Source of the DNA: Burkholderiales bacterium
Lineage (GTDB): Bacteria; Pseudomonadota; Gammaproteobacteria; Burkholderiales; Burkholderiaceae_C
DNA length: 64,000 nt
Assembly (NCBI GenBank): GCA_947446855.1
Contig: CANFIH010000001.1
Location: 11,882-75,881 of the forward strand
Direction: 5' to 3'
The notes beneath the pieces were generated by a model, which was not told the origin of the DNA, searched no databases, and saw nothing but the letters and a program-made list of their open reading frames with translations. Positions within the stretch are counted from its first letter, which is position 1, and every line of letters begins with the position of its first letter. Shown piece after piece: positions 1-9,741 of the stretch. The position numbers and the translations under genes were made by a program.

Positions 1-2
1 CC

Positions 3-197
3 GACCTCAAGGCGGCTATGGTGAAAGCCCGTGCAGCGACCCGGACCCAGGTGATCGTGATCGACACCACCCATGAGCGCATCACCGAAGAGGGCGGCTG
101 CTGGTGGGAAGTGGGCATCCCCGAGGTGTCGGAGCGCACGCAGGTCATCGACGCCCGTGCCCGTTTTGAGCTCGCTAAAAAAGACCAACGCATTTAA
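3..197 (+). CDS. iolD: 3' end of 3D-(3,5/4)-trihydroxycyclohexane-1,2-dione acylhydrolase (partial)
   Basis: Frame from base 3 reads DLKAAMVKARAATRTQVIVIDTTHERITEEGGCWWEVGIPEVSER...DQRI*; the WWEVxxPEVS tail is typical of IolD; directly upstream of iolB. Confidence 0.8.
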   Translation, partial: DLKAAMVKARAATRTQVIVIDTTHERITEEGGCWWEVGIPEVSERTQVIDARARFELAKKDQRI

Positions 198-208
198 CAG
201 GACCCACC

Positions 209-1036
209 ATGGTTAGCCCCCTGCTTGCAAAGTCGGCCCCTACAGGCCGCGAGATTGTCGACGTCACCCCCGAGCGCGCCGGTTGGACCCATGTGGGCTT
301 CCGGGCCATACGCCTGCAACCCGGCGAGAGCGAGACTGTGGACACCGGCGAGCGCGAGTTGTGCCTGGTGGTACTCACGGGCATGGTGGATGTCACCATC
401 GCCGGCGAAACCTATGCCAACCTGGGCGGCCGGGCCACCGTGTTTGAGGACAAGTCCCCGGCGGCAGTCTTTGTGCCGGTGGGGCGCACGGTCACCATCT
501 CCACGGTACCGGGTGCTGCCATAGAGGCCGAAATTGCCTTGTGCACGGCGCCTGGTGGTGAGAACGCCAGCGCACGCGAGGTGCGTGTGATTGATCCGGC
601 TTCCATGCGCCGCAGCGTGCGCGGCAAGGGCACCAACACCCGCTATGTCTGCGACATCCTGCCGCATGATGACCCCACTGCCGCGCACCTGCTGGTGGTG
701 GAGGTGGTCACGCCTGCCAGCAACAGCTCCAGCTACCCGCCGCACAAGCACGACGTGGATCAGTTGCCGGAGGAAACCATTCTGGAAGAAACCTATTACC
801 ACCGGCTCAACCCGCCGCAGGGCTTTGCCTTCCAGCGCGTCTATACCGATGACCGCAGCATCGACGAAGCCTGCGCCGTGGAAGACCACGATGTGGTAAT
901 GGTGCCGCGCGGCTACCACCCGGTGACGGCGCCGCATGGCTATGACCTGTATTACCTGAATGTGATGGCGGGCCCCAAGCGCTTCTGGGTCTTCAAGAAC
1001 GACCCCGTGCACGAATGGATGCTGGCCGCCCAATGA
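209..1036 (+). CDS. iolB: 5-deoxy-glucuronate isomerase
   Basis: 275 aa; SSYPPHKHD, LEETYYH, VPRGYHP, YYLNVMAG motifs of IolB. Confidence 0.93.
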   Translation: MVSPLLAKSAPTGREIVDVTPERAGWTHVGFRAIRLQPGESETVDTGERELCLVVLTGMVDVTIAGETYANLGGRATVFEDKSPAAVFVPVGRTVTISTVPGAAIEAEIALCTAPGGENASAREVRVIDPASMRRSVRGKGTNTRYVCDILPHDDPTAAHLLVVEVVTPASNSSSYPPHKHDVDQLPEETILEETYYHRLNPPQGFAFQRVYTDDRSIDEACAVEDHDVVMVPRGYHPVTAPHGYDLYYLNVMAGPKRFWVFKNDPVHEWMLAAQ

Positions 1037-1059
1037 CGCAGGCCATGTAACGGACCGGT

Positions 1060-1347
1060 ATGTATAAATTCATCATCACGATTCAGCTACAAGCTGGTTC
1101 ATTGGAACAGATACTCCAGCGTGCACCTGAAGTCCAGCGTCTGACGCGGGCCGAGGCCGGCTGCATCGCCTACGACTTCTTCACCTGCACCGATGATCCC
1201 GATCGTTTGGTCTTCATGGAGTGCTTTGTTTCCCAGGAGGCGCATGCGCTGCACTGCGAGCAGCAATACACCAAGGACTTCATTGCCTTTCATGAACAGT
1301 TTCACACGTCGTTCCAATTTGAACTGGTAGACCTTGGCCAGACCTGA
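1060..1347 (+). CDS. Antibiotic-biosynthesis-monooxygenase (ABM) family / putative quinol monooxygenase
   Basis: 95 aa; TRAEAGCIAYDF...FMECF..QEAHALH pattern of ABM-domain proteins. Confidence 0.75.
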   Translation: MYKFIITIQLQAGSLEQILQRAPEVQRLTRAEAGCIAYDFFTCTDDPDRLVFMECFVSQEAHALHCEQQYTKDFIAFHEQFHTSFQFELVDLGQT

Positions 1348-1348
1348 T

Positions 1349-1729
1349 ATGCCGGATGACAATGCTTGGCAGTTTGCTGTGCATTCAGCCCAACTGCTGC
1401 CGCACAAGCCCGTGGGCATTGCGCTTTCGGAACGGCCCGTCGTGCTGTACCGCAAAGCCGACGGTACCGCTGTGGCGCTCGAAGACCGCTGCCCGCATCG
1501 CTGGGCGCCGCTGTCGGATGGACGCATCGAAGGGGATCACATTGTTTGCCCCCACCACGGCTTCAAGTTCTGCCCACAGGGTCACTTGGTGGAAACTTCG
1601 GGCAAGACCAGAACGCCAGGGGTTGGTAGCGCCAAGGTTTACCCCGTCCAGGAACGGGAGGGAACCATACGGGTTTGTGTGGAGCGCCATACGCTCAAAC
1701 CAGGGAGTCTGCAAAAGGGCTTGGCATAG
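1349..1729 (+). CDS. Stand-alone Rieske [2Fe-2S] protein (resembles the N-terminal domain of VanA-type oxygenases)
   Basis: PVVLYR...ALEDRCPHRWAPLSDG...CPHHG Rieske ligands; no catalytic domain; ATG at 1349 directly after the ABM stop. Confidence 0.75.
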   Translation: MPDDNAWQFAVHSAQLLPHKPVGIALSERPVVLYRKADGTAVALEDRCPHRWAPLSDGRIEGDHIVCPHHGFKFCPQGHLVETSGKTRTPGVGSAKVYPVQEREGTIRVCVERHTLKPGSLQKGLA

Positions 1730-1762
1730 CCTTTGCCACGCTGTAGTTGGGTATGCATGCCC

Positions 1763-2230
1763 TCAGGCAGGCGTGCCGCCAGCGGCGCTTGCCGGGCACG
1801 TGAGGGCACGCGCGGGCAGGCTGTCCAGTAGCCTGCTCGATTGGCGCTCCCAGGCCTGCGCGTAGGCAGGGCTCCACTGCGCTCCGATCAGGGTGGCCAG
1901 TACATCGACCAGCGAGGCCATCAACTCTGGGTACAGCGTGGGGTCTTCTACCTTGAAGGCGCAGTGCTCGGACGCGATTTGGTGCATGTACGAGGCCACG
2001 TAGGGCTTGCCGGCAGCGCTATCCAATAGCAGGGAGATGATCTCGAACACCATCTGCCCGCAACCCAACGGGGGCATGGCCGTGTCGGGCACTTCAAACA
2101 GGGCTGTTGCTGTGGGACGGCGCTCAAAAAAGCGTGCGAAGACCGCAGGCGCAAAGTCCTCGCACTGGGCCAGGGCCAGTTCCAGGGACTCGTTCAGCAG
2201 CTGCAGATCCTGCCCTTGTGGCTGGTTCAA
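1763..2230 (-). CDS. Single-domain globin-like protein
   Basis: C-terminal part of ORF 1763..2647; TTG at 2230 overlaps the upstream TGA. LNESLE...VFARFFERRP..ALF (B/C/CD1), IASEH (candidate proximal His), W...YAQAW (H helix). Confidence 0.7.
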   Translation of the reverse strand: MNQPQGQDLQLLNESLELALAQCEDFAPAVFARFFERRPTATALFEVPDTAMPPLGCGQMVFEIISLLLDSAAGKPYVASYMHQIASEHCAFKVEDPTLYPELMASLVDVLATLIGAQWSPAYAQAWERQSSRLLDSLPARALTCPASAAGGTPA

Positions 2231-3159
2231 AACGCGACCTTGTCGACACCCTTGAGCTGCAATATCTCGCGTGCCTCGGCGGGTGTTGCAATCTCCAGCC
2301 CCAGCCCTTCCAGAATGCTGCGCACCTTCAGCACCTGCTCTGCATTGGACTTCGCCAGTTGGCCTTTGCCGATCCACAGGCTGTCTTCCAGACCCACACG
2401 CACATTGCCGCCCATGGAGGCCGCCATGGCTGCAATTTTCATCTGGCTGCTGCCGGCGCCTAGCACCGACCAGCGGTAGTCGTCGCCAAACAGGCGGTCG
2501 GCCGTGCGCTTCATGTGCATGACATCGTCCGGGTGCGTGCCAATGCCGCCCAGGATGCCGAACACGGTTTGCACAAAGAAGGGCGCCTTCACCAGGCCAC
2601 GCTCGACAAAGTGGGCCAGGTTGTACAGGTGCGAGGTGTCGTAGCACTCGAACTCGTAGCGCGTTTCGTTCACCGACAGTTCAGTGAGTACCGTTTCCAG
2701 ATCGCCATAGGTGTTGCGGAAGATCAGGTCCTTGCTGCCTTCCAGGTAGGGGCGTTCCCAATCGTGCTTGAACTCCTTGAAGCGCTGCAGCATGGGGAAC
2801 AGGCCGAAGTTCATGGTGCCCATGTTCATGGACGCCACTTCAGGGCGCAGCACCTTGGCCGGCTGCATGCGCTCCTGCACCGTCATATAGGGCGAGCCGC
2901 CGGTCGTCAGGTTGACGATGGCATCGGAGCGCTTCTTAATCTCTTGCAGAAAGGGCGTGAAGGCTTCGGGGCGCTGGTCGGGCTTGCCGGTGACGGGGTC
3001 ACGCGCGTGCAAGTGGATGATGGCCGCGCCGGCCTCGCAGGCCGCAATAGAGGCCTCGGCGATTTCTTCTGCCGTCACCGGCAGGTAGGGCGACATGGAC
3101 GGCGTGTGGATGGCGCCGGTCACTGCGCAGCTGATGATGACCTTTTTTTGCTGGTACAT
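2227..3159 (-). CDS. Beta-keto acid cleavage enzyme (BKACE/DUF849, 3-keto-5-aminohexanoate cleavage family)
   Basis: IISCAVTGAIHTP, HLHARD zinc motif, RVGLEDS. Confidence 0.9.
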   Translation of the reverse strand: MYQQKKVIISCAVTGAIHTPSMSPYLPVTAEEIAEASIAACEAGAAIIHLHARDPVTGKPDQRPEAFTPFLQEIKKRSDAIVNLTTGGSPYMTVQERMQPAKVLRPEVASMNMGTMNFGLFPMLQRFKEFKHDWERPYLEGSKDLIFRNTYGDLETVLTELSVNETRYEFECYDTSHLYNLAHFVERGLVKAPFFVQTVFGILGGIGTHPDDVMHMKRTADRLFGDDYRWSVLGAGSSQMKIAAMAASMGGNVRVGLEDSLWIGKGQLAKSNAEQVLKVRSILEGLGLEIATPAEAREILQLKGVDKVAF

Positions 3160-3202
3160 GGGTATCCTCTTTATGAAATGGTTGAACCAATAAATCCAGG
3201 AC

Positions 3203-4135
3203 TCAAGCCAGGCTGGTCAGTTCCGGAACCGCCACAAACAAATCAGCCACCAGACCGTAGTCGGCCACCGAAAAGATGGGTGCTTCCACATCCTTGTTGA
3301 TCGCCACGATCACCTTGGAATCCTTCATGCCGGCCAGATGCTGGATGGCGCCACTGATGCCGCAGGCCACGTAGAGCTGGGGCGCCACGATCTTGCCGGT
3401 CTGGCCCACTTGCCAGTCGTTGGGTGCGTAGCCCGCATCCACCGCTGCGCGCGAGGCACCCATGGCAGCCCCCAGCTTGTCGGCCAGCGGGGTCATCACT
3501 TCCATGAATTTCTCGTTGGAGCCCAGTGCACGGCCACCCGACACGATCACCTTGGCGGCGGTCAGCTCGGGGCGTTCGCTCTTGGCGATCTCGCTGGCCA
3601 CAAAGGTGGTGCGTGCACTGGCGCCCACTGCGCTGAGGGACTCGACCGAAGCGGCGCCACCACTGCTGGCAGCGGGGTCGAAGCCGGTGGTGCGCACCGT
3701 AAGCACCTTGGTTGCGTCCAGGCTTTGCACGGTGGCCATGGCATTGCCTGCATAGATGGGGCGCTCAAAAGTGTCCGGGCTGCAGACGCGCGTGATGTCG
3801 GAAACCTGCGCCACATCCAGCAGGGCGGCCACGCGCGGAGCGATGTTCTTGCCCGAGGCCGTGGCAGCAAACAGGATATGGCTGTAGTTGGCCGCAATTG
3901 CCAGGACCTGGGCCGCCATGTTCTCGGCCAGCCCATGCGCAAGACCGGCGTCTTCAGCATGCAGGACCTTACCCACGCCGGCAATGTGCGCGGCCGCGGC
4001 GGCGGCCGCATGGGCGTTGGCGCCTGCAACCAGCAGGTGCACCTCGCCACCGCACTGCAGGGCGGCATTCACCACGTTCAGTGTGGCCGGGCGAATGGTG
4101 GCGTTGTCGTGTTCAGCAATAACAAGAGAGGTCAT
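3203..4135 (-). CDS. etfA: Electron transfer flavoprotein alpha subunit
   Basis: [29 protein letters not shown] signature. Confidence 0.96.
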   Translation of the reverse strand: MTSLVIAEHDNATIRPATLNVVNAALQCGGEVHLLVAGANAHAAAAAAAHIAGVGKVLHAEDAGLAHGLAENMAAQVLAIAANYSHILFAATASGKNIAPRVAALLDVAQVSDITRVCSPDTFERPIYAGNAMATVQSLDATKVLTVRTTGFDPAASSGGAASVESLSAVGASARTTFVASEIAKSERPELTAAKVIVSGGRALGSNEKFMEVMTPLADKLGAAMGASRAAVDAGYAPNDWQVGQTGKIVAPQLYVACGISGAIQHLAGMKDSKVIVAINKDVEAPIFSVADYGLVADLFVAVPELTSLA

Positions 4136-4149
4136 TTTTTAGTTTCCGT

Positions 4150-4899
4150 TCAGATCACTTTGGCTTCGTTTCTGAGCTTGTCGACCAGGGTGGCGACGTC
4201 AGCAACCTTGATGCCGGCGCTGCGCTGCGCAGGCTCTTTCACACCCAGTGTCTTGAGGCGCGACGCGACGTCCACGCCCAAGCCCGCAGGGGTGAAGGTC
4301 TCCATCGGCTTCTTCTTGGCCTTCATGATGTTGGGCAGCGTGACATAGCGCGGCTCGTTGAGGCGCAGATCGGTGGTGACCACGGCCGGCAGGTCCAGGC
4401 TCAAAGTCTCCAAACCACCATCGACCTCCCGCTTGACCACGGCTTTGCCGTCGGCCACAGTGAGTGCGCTGGCAAAAGTGGCCTGAGGCAAACCACACAG
4501 AGCCGCCAGCATTTGACCGGTCTGGTTGCAGTCGTCATCGATGGCCTGCTTGCCCAGGATGACAAGGCCGGGTTGTTCCTTGTCCACCACAGCCTTGAGC
4601 AGCTTGGCTACGGCAAGGGGTTGCAACTCTTGCGTGCTCTCCACCAAGATGGCCCGGTCGGCACCAATGGCCATGGCCGTGCGCAAGGTTTCGGCGCACT
4701 GGGCCACGCCACAGGAGATTGCAATAATCTCGCTGACAGCGCCGCTTTCCTTCAGACGCACCGCAGCCTCTACGGCGATCTCGTCAAACGGGTTCATGCT
4801 CATTTTGACGTTGCTGATGTCCACGCCCGTGCCATCGGATTTGACGCGCACCTTGACGTTGTAGTCCACCACGCGTTTGACTGCTACCAATACCTTCAT
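4150..4899 (-). CDS. etfB: Electron transfer flavoprotein beta subunit
   Basis: [38 protein letters not shown]; start trimmed to ATG 4899. Confidence 0.96.
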   Translation of the reverse strand: MKVLVAVKRVVDYNVKVRVKSDGTGVDISNVKMSMNPFDEIAVEAAVRLKESGAVSEIIAISCGVAQCAETLRTAMAIGADRAILVESTQELQPLAVAKLLKAVVDKEQPGLVILGKQAIDDDCNQTGQMLAALCGLPQATFASALTVADGKAVVKREVDGGLETLSLDLPAVVTTDLRLNEPRYVTLPNIMKAKKKPMETFTPAGLGVDVASRLKTLGVKEPAQRSAGIKVADVATLVDKLRNEAKVI

Positions 4900-4959
4900 T
4901 GAAATCTCCACCAATTGAATGTTGTGCTGGCGCCGTGCGGCAGTGCGCGGCGCCCTGAC

Positions 4960-5874
4960 TCAGCCCGCGCTGCGCTGGGCCTTTTCCTGTTCGGCGCGAC
5001 CGCGCACCAGCGTTTTGGCTTCGGCCCAGTCCTCGGAGGTGAGCTTGCCCAGGGCGGCAAAGGTGCTGGGTGCGGCCAGGTGGTGGCCACCATCGATGGC
5101 AATGTTCTGGCCCGTCAGGTATTCACAGCCGTCGGCCTGCAAAAAGGTGAGCAGGTTGCACAGCTCGGCCATCTTGCCAAAGCGCTGCATGGGCACTTCC
5201 TCGGAAGAGGCGGCGCCCACATTGGCCTTGGGGATGGGTGCCAGTTTTTCCCATGCGCCTTCGGTGGGGAAGGGGCCCGGTGCAACCGCGTTGACGCGGA
5301 TATTGTTCTTGCCCCATTCCACCGCCAACGACATGGTCATGGCGTGCACCGCTGTCTTGGCCATGACGGAAGGCAACACATAGGCCGAACCGGTCCAGAC
5401 CCAGGTCACCAGCATGCTGACCACGGAACCGGGCAGGCCCTGTTCGATCCAGCGCCGGCCACAGGCCAGCGTGGAAAACAGGGCGCCGTCCATCACGGTA
5501 GAGCGCACCGCGGCGAAACCGCGCGGGCTGATGTCAATCGATGGCGAGATGAAATTGGCGGCGGCGTTGTTGACCAGTCCGGTCAAGGGGCCGCCCTGCC
5601 AGATGGTGTCGACCATGGCTTCTATCTGGTCGGCATCGCGCACATCGCAGATGTGGCTCTCGATCGATCCGCCGTGCGCCGCGGTGCGCTGCAATTCGGC
5701 GACGGTGTCGTCCAGCACCTGCTTGCGCCGCCCGCAGATATGCACGGCAGCACCTTGCGCGCTGAAAGCGCGCGCCAGTTCCTTGCCCAGGCCGGTGCCG
5801 CCGCCGGTGATCAAAATGCGCTTGCCGCTCAGTGCGTCCGCGCGCATCGCGCTTTTGGGATTGTGTGTGTCCAT
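4960..5874 (-). CDS. SDR-family 2,4-dienoyl-CoA reductase (DECR-type; MrcC-like)
   Basis: TGGGTGLG, NNAAANF, SLAVEWG, VAPGPFPTEGAW typical of DECR-type SDRs. Confidence 0.8.
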   Translation of the reverse strand: MDTHNPKSAMRADALSGKRILITGGGTGLGKELARAFSAQGAAVHICGRRKQVLDDTVAELQRTAAHGGSIESHICDVRDADQIEAMVDTIWQGGPLTGLVNNAAANFISPSIDISPRGFAAVRSTVMDGALFSTLACGRRWIEQGLPGSVVSMLVTWVWTGSAYVLPSVMAKTAVHAMTMSLAVEWGKNNIRVNAVAPGPFPTEGAWEKLAPIPKANVGAASSEEVPMQRFGKMAELCNLLTFLQADGCEYLTGQNIAIDGGHHLAAPSTFAALGKLTSEDWAEAKTLVRGRAEQEKAQRSAG

Positions 5875-5919
5875 GGATGTCGGTGTTTGGGTTCGGTTTG
5901 CGAAATGCAGGGTCAGCGG

Positions 5920-7092
5920 CTATTTGCCGGCCAGTCCGTTGGCCCGGTAGTCTAAAAAGAGTTGGCGCCCGATGATGAGCTTCATCACTTCGATCGAGCC
6001 GCCAGCGATCTTGACGATGCGCGCGTCGGCGTAGGCTCTGGAGATGGGGTACTCCCACATATAGCCCCAGCCACCAAACAACTGCAGGCATTCATCCACC
6101 ACCTTGCAGTGCAGATTGCTCATCCACATCTTGGCCATGGCCGCGTCAATGGCGTCCAACTCACCCTTGATGAAGTTGTCTATGCATTTGTCGGTGAACA
6201 CGCGCCCGATGACCGCCTCGGTCTTGAGTTCGGCCAGCTTGAACTGGGTGTTCTGGAAGTCGCCTATGGTCTTGCCAAAGGCCTTGCGCTCGGCGGTGTA
6301 GGCCACGGTGTAGTCCACCACGGTTTCTGCCACCACAGCGGAGCGTATGGCCTGGGCCAGGCGTTCCTGGGCCAGCTTGGTCATCATCAGCTCAAAGCCC
6401 TTGCCCTCTTCACCGAGCATGGACGATGCGGGCACCCGCACCTCGTCGAAGAAAAGCTCGGACGTGTCCTGGCCCTTCATGCCCAGCTTCTCCAGGTTTT
6501 TGCCACGGCGGAATCCCGGCAAGCTGGTGTCCACCAGAAACAGCGTGACGCCCTTGGCACCGGCGGCGACGTCGGTCTTGGTGGCCAGCACGATGACATC
6601 ACACAGCTGGCCGTTGGAGATGAATACTTTCTGGCCGGAGATCAGGTAGTCGTCGCCATCGCGCACGGCACGGGTGCGAATGGCCTTGAGGTCGCTGCCG
6701 GCATGGGGCTCGGTCATGCCCAATGAGCCAATCGCTTCACCTGCTACCATTTTTGGCAGCCAGGTCTTTTTCTGTTCTTCGGTGCCAAACGATTTGACAT
6801 AGGTGGAGACCAGATCGCAATGGATCAGAAAGCCAGGGCCGGTGAAGCCGGAGCGCGCCATCTCTTCAAACACGACGACGTCAAACAGATAGTCCAGGCC
6901 CAGGCCACCGTATTCCTCGGGAACCGTGCAGCACAACATGCCGGCGGCGCCCGCCTTGAGCCAGAGCTCGCGCGGCACGATGCCGTCGTTTTCCCACTGC
7001 GCATGGAAGGGCGCGATTTCCTTGTCGATGAAGCGTCGGACGGTGTCGCGAAAGGCTTCGTGGTCTTCGTTGAATAGCGTTCTTTTAAACAT
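5920..7092 (-). CDS. Acyl-CoA dehydrogenase (long-chain type)
   Basis: GMTEPHAGSDL, GQKVFISNG, CLQLFGGWGYMWEY; start trimmed to MFKRTLF. Confidence 0.92.
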   Translation of the reverse strand: MFKRTLFNEDHEAFRDTVRRFIDKEIAPFHAQWENDGIVPRELWLKAGAAGMLCCTVPEEYGGLGLDYLFDVVVFEEMARSGFTGPGFLIHCDLVSTYVKSFGTEEQKKTWLPKMVAGEAIGSLGMTEPHAGSDLKAIRTRAVRDGDDYLISGQKVFISNGQLCDVIVLATKTDVAAGAKGVTLFLVDTSLPGFRRGKNLEKLGMKGQDTSELFFDEVRVPASSMLGEEGKGFELMMTKLAQERLAQAIRSAVVAETVVDYTVAYTAERKAFGKTIGDFQNTQFKLAELKTEAVIGRVFTDKCIDNFIKGELDAIDAAMAKMWMSNLHCKVVDECLQLFGGWGYMWEYPISRAYADARIVKIAGGSIEVMKLIIGRQLFLDYRANGLAGK

Positions 7093-7111
7093 GGTGATCC
7101 TTTGGGTGATC

Positions 7112-8278
7112 TCAGTACGACTTGGGCAGTCCCAGCACCTTCTCGGCAATAAAGCACAAGATCAGCTGTTCGGTAATGGGGGCAATGCGCGTGACGGTGA
7201 CTTCACGCAGCAGGCGTTCGACGTGGTATTCCTTGGCATAGCCAAAGCCGCCCATGGTGAAGACAGCCTGCTGCGCCGCGGCGTGCCCGGCGCGTGCGCC
7301 CAGGAATTTGGCGGTATTGGCTTCGGCACCACAGGGCTGGTGCTGGTCGTACAGCCAGGCGCCTTTCATGGTCATGGCCCAGGCCGCCTCCAGGTCCATC
7401 CAGCGCTCGGCCAGTGGATGCTGTATGCCCTGGTTCATGCCGATGGGGCGGTCAAACACCACCCGGTCCTTGGCATATTGGGTGGCGCGGCGCAGCGCGT
7501 CCTGGCCGATGGCCACCGCCTCGGAGGCGATCAGCAGGCGCTCGGGGTTCAGGCTGTGCAGGATGTAGCTGAAGCCTTTGCCTTCTTCGCCGATGCGATC
7601 GGCGTCGGGTATGAACAGGCCGTCAATAAAGATGGCGTTGGAGTCCACGGCCTTGCGGCCCATCTTGGGGATGCGGCGCACCTCGATCTTGGAGCGGTCC
7701 AGATCGGTGTAGAAGATCGTGATGCCGTCGGTCGGCTTCTTGCAGTCTTCGAGCTTGGTGGTGCGCGTCAGCAGCATGATCTTGTTGGCCACCTGCGCGG
7801 TGGAGGTCCAGACCTTCTGGCCGTAAACCATGTAGCCACCGGGAACTTTTTCGGCAAAGGTTTTGATGGCGGTGGTATTCAGGCCGGCATCCGGCTCGGT
7901 GAAGCCAAAGCAGCATTGGTCCTTGCCCTCGATCAGCCGGGGCAGCCAGCGCTGGCGCTGGTCCGGCGTACCGAACACCACGATGGGATGCGGGCCAAAG
8001 AGGTTGATGTGCACCGAGGAGGTGGCCGCCATGCCGCCGCCGTGGCTGCCCACCTCATGCATCATGATGCAGGCTTCGGTCACGCCCAGGCCTGCGCCGC
8101 CGTATTCGGTGGGCATGGTGATGCCCAGCCAGCCGGCGTCGGCCATGGCCTTGTGGAATTCGCGCGGGAATTCGCCGTCCTCGTCCCGCGTCAGCCAGTA
8201 TTCGTCATCGAATGAGCGCACGACGGCGCTCACGCCATCGCGTATGGCGCGGTGGTCTTCCGAGAGTGAAAAGTCCAT
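7112..8278 (-). CDS. Acyl-CoA dehydrogenase
   Basis: FGFTEPDAGLNT, GQKVWTS, GGFGYAKEYHVER. Confidence 0.92.
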   Translation of the reverse strand: MDFSLSEDHRAIRDGVSAVVRSFDDEYWLTRDEDGEFPREFHKAMADAGWLGITMPTEYGGAGLGVTEACIMMHEVGSHGGGMAATSSVHINLFGPHPIVVFGTPDQRQRWLPRLIEGKDQCCFGFTEPDAGLNTTAIKTFAEKVPGGYMVYGQKVWTSTAQVANKIMLLTRTTKLEDCKKPTDGITIFYTDLDRSKIEVRRIPKMGRKAVDSNAIFIDGLFIPDADRIGEEGKGFSYILHSLNPERLLIASEAVAIGQDALRRATQYAKDRVVFDRPIGMNQGIQHPLAERWMDLEAAWAMTMKGAWLYDQHQPCGAEANTAKFLGARAGHAAAQQAVFTMGGFGYAKEYHVERLLREVTVTRIAPITEQLILCFIAEKVLGLPKSY

Positions 8279-8301
8279 TGGGTTGCTCCGTGAATGGGTT
8301 G

Positions 8302-9171
8302 TTAGCCGTTCTGGCTCAGGGTGCGCAGGGCTTGCGTCAAATGGGGTTTGTCCAACATCACGCCGTCCAGGCTGAGCGTGCCCGCATCGGGCTGGGCTGC
8401 AAATGCTTCCACGATGCGCCGTGCATGGGTCAGTTCCGCCTCCGAGGGCGAGAAGGCCGCATTGATGGTGGCCACCTGGTCGGGGTGGATGGCAATGCGG
8501 CCGCGAAAGCCGCGCCTGCGTGAGACGCGGCAGGATGCCGCCAGACCGGCGTCATCGCGGAAGTCTGCATACAGCGTGTCAATGGCTGCCACACCGGTGG
8601 CTGCCGCGGCACACAGGCACAGAGAATTAGCCAGGGTGTAAAGCGGCGACAGGCTGCCTTCTTCCTCCCGGTTGGAGATGGCGCCTATGGCGGCAGACAG
8701 GTCTTCTGCACCCCAGGTCATGCCTGCGAGGCGGGGCACGGGGCCGGCAAAGCTTTGCATGTTCAGCATGGCGGCTGCGGTTTCGGTGGCCACCGGAACG
8801 ATCACGACGCTACCGGGCACCATGCCCGTACGCGCCTCCAGTGCATCCAGGCAGTGGCCCAGACGGATCACGTCGGCCGCGCTATTGGACTTGGGTAGCA
8901 TGATGCCGGCCAGGCCCGGTACCACCACCGTGGCCAGGTCTTCCATGGCCATGCCGGAATCGAGCGGATTGATGCGTACAAACAGCTTGCTGGAAAGCTG
9001 ATTGGCCTGGGCCGTGACAAAGGCGGCTGCAGCGATGCGGGCCTCAGCCTTGCGGCTGGCGGCGACCGCATCTTCCAGGTCCAGGATCAGGGCATCGGCT
9101 GGGCTGGCCAGCGCCTTGGCGAGTTTGCGCTCGCTGTCGGCCGGAACAAAGAGCATGGAGCGCAGTTTCAT
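8302..9171 (-). CDS. CitE/HpcH-family CoA-ester lyase (citryl/malyl/citramalyl-CoA lyase-like)
   Basis: RSMLFVPAD, ILDLEDAV, WGAEDL, IHPDQV, MLDKPH. Confidence 0.88.
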   Translation of the reverse strand: MKLRSMLFVPADSERKLAKALASPADALILDLEDAVAASRKAEARIAAAAFVTAQANQLSSKLFVRINPLDSGMAMEDLATVVVPGLAGIMLPKSNSAADVIRLGHCLDALEARTGMVPGSVVIVPVATETAAAMLNMQSFAGPVPRLAGMTWGAEDLSAAIGAISNREEEGSLSPLYTLANSLCLCAAAATGVAAIDTLYADFRDDAGLAASCRVSRRRGFRGRIAIHPDQVATINAAFSPSEAELTHARRIVEAFAAQPDAGTLSLDGVMLDKPHLTQALRTLSQNG

Positions 9172-9623
9172 GCCGCAGCCTGCTTGAGCATCAGGGCCTG
9201 GCGCGTGCAGGTGCAGACCTCTTCACCCCGCTGGTTAAAGCCCTGGTGCAAAAAGGTGACGATGCCGGCGTTGGGGCGGGATTTGCTGTCGCGCAAATCC
9301 TTGACCGTCGTGCGCGAACGAATGGTGTCGCCGGCAAATACGGGGTGCTTGAAGCGCACATCCGTCATGCCCAGATTGGCCACCGTGGTGCCCAGGGTGG
9401 TGTCCTGCACCGACAAGCCAATCACCAGTCCCAGCGTAAAGATGCTGTTGACCAGCGGGCGCCCGAATTCAGTGGTTTTGCAGTACTCTGCGTCAATGTG
9501 GATGGCCGCCGGGTTGTAGGTGGCGTTGCTGAACCACATGTTGTCGGCCTCTGTGACCGTGCGACGGATCTCGTGTTCGAACGACTGGTCGATGCTGAAT
9601 TCTTTAAACCAAAGCCCTGCCAT
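9168..9623 (-). CDS. MaoC-family (hot-dog) enoyl-CoA hydratase/dehydratase
   Basis: RTVTEADN..F...T.NPAAIHID, HPVFAGDT; ATGA overlap with the CitE-like gene. Confidence 0.85.
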   Translation of the reverse strand: MAGLWFKEFSIDQSFEHEIRRTVTEADNMWFSNATYNPAAIHIDAEYCKTTEFGRPLVNSIFTLGLVIGLSVQDTTLGTTVANLGMTDVRFKHPVFAGDTIRSRTTVKDLRDSKSRPNAGIVTFLHQGFNQRGEEVCTCTRQALMLKQAAA

Positions 9624-9667
9624 GGGTGGCTCCTTATGCGTGGATATTTTTCATAGCGTTCACCTGT

Positions 9668-9686
9668 ACATGGTACGCATGTGTAA
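9668..9686. promoter_or_regulatory. Candidate island-wide operator, copy 1 (GTACGC-core motif)
   Basis: ACATGGTACGCATGTGTAA in the divergent 9624-9741 intergenic; first 11 bp identical to 20405-20415. Confidence 0.55.
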
Positions 9687-9741
9687 TATAACATAGGCAT
9701 CAAATAATTTAACTAAGTAGAAACCTCTACCCCGACCCCCT

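Noticed and set aside
2231-2647. N-terminal extension of ORF 1763..2647
   Set aside because: Alternate frame inside the BKACE gene; the globin-like part begins at TTG 2230
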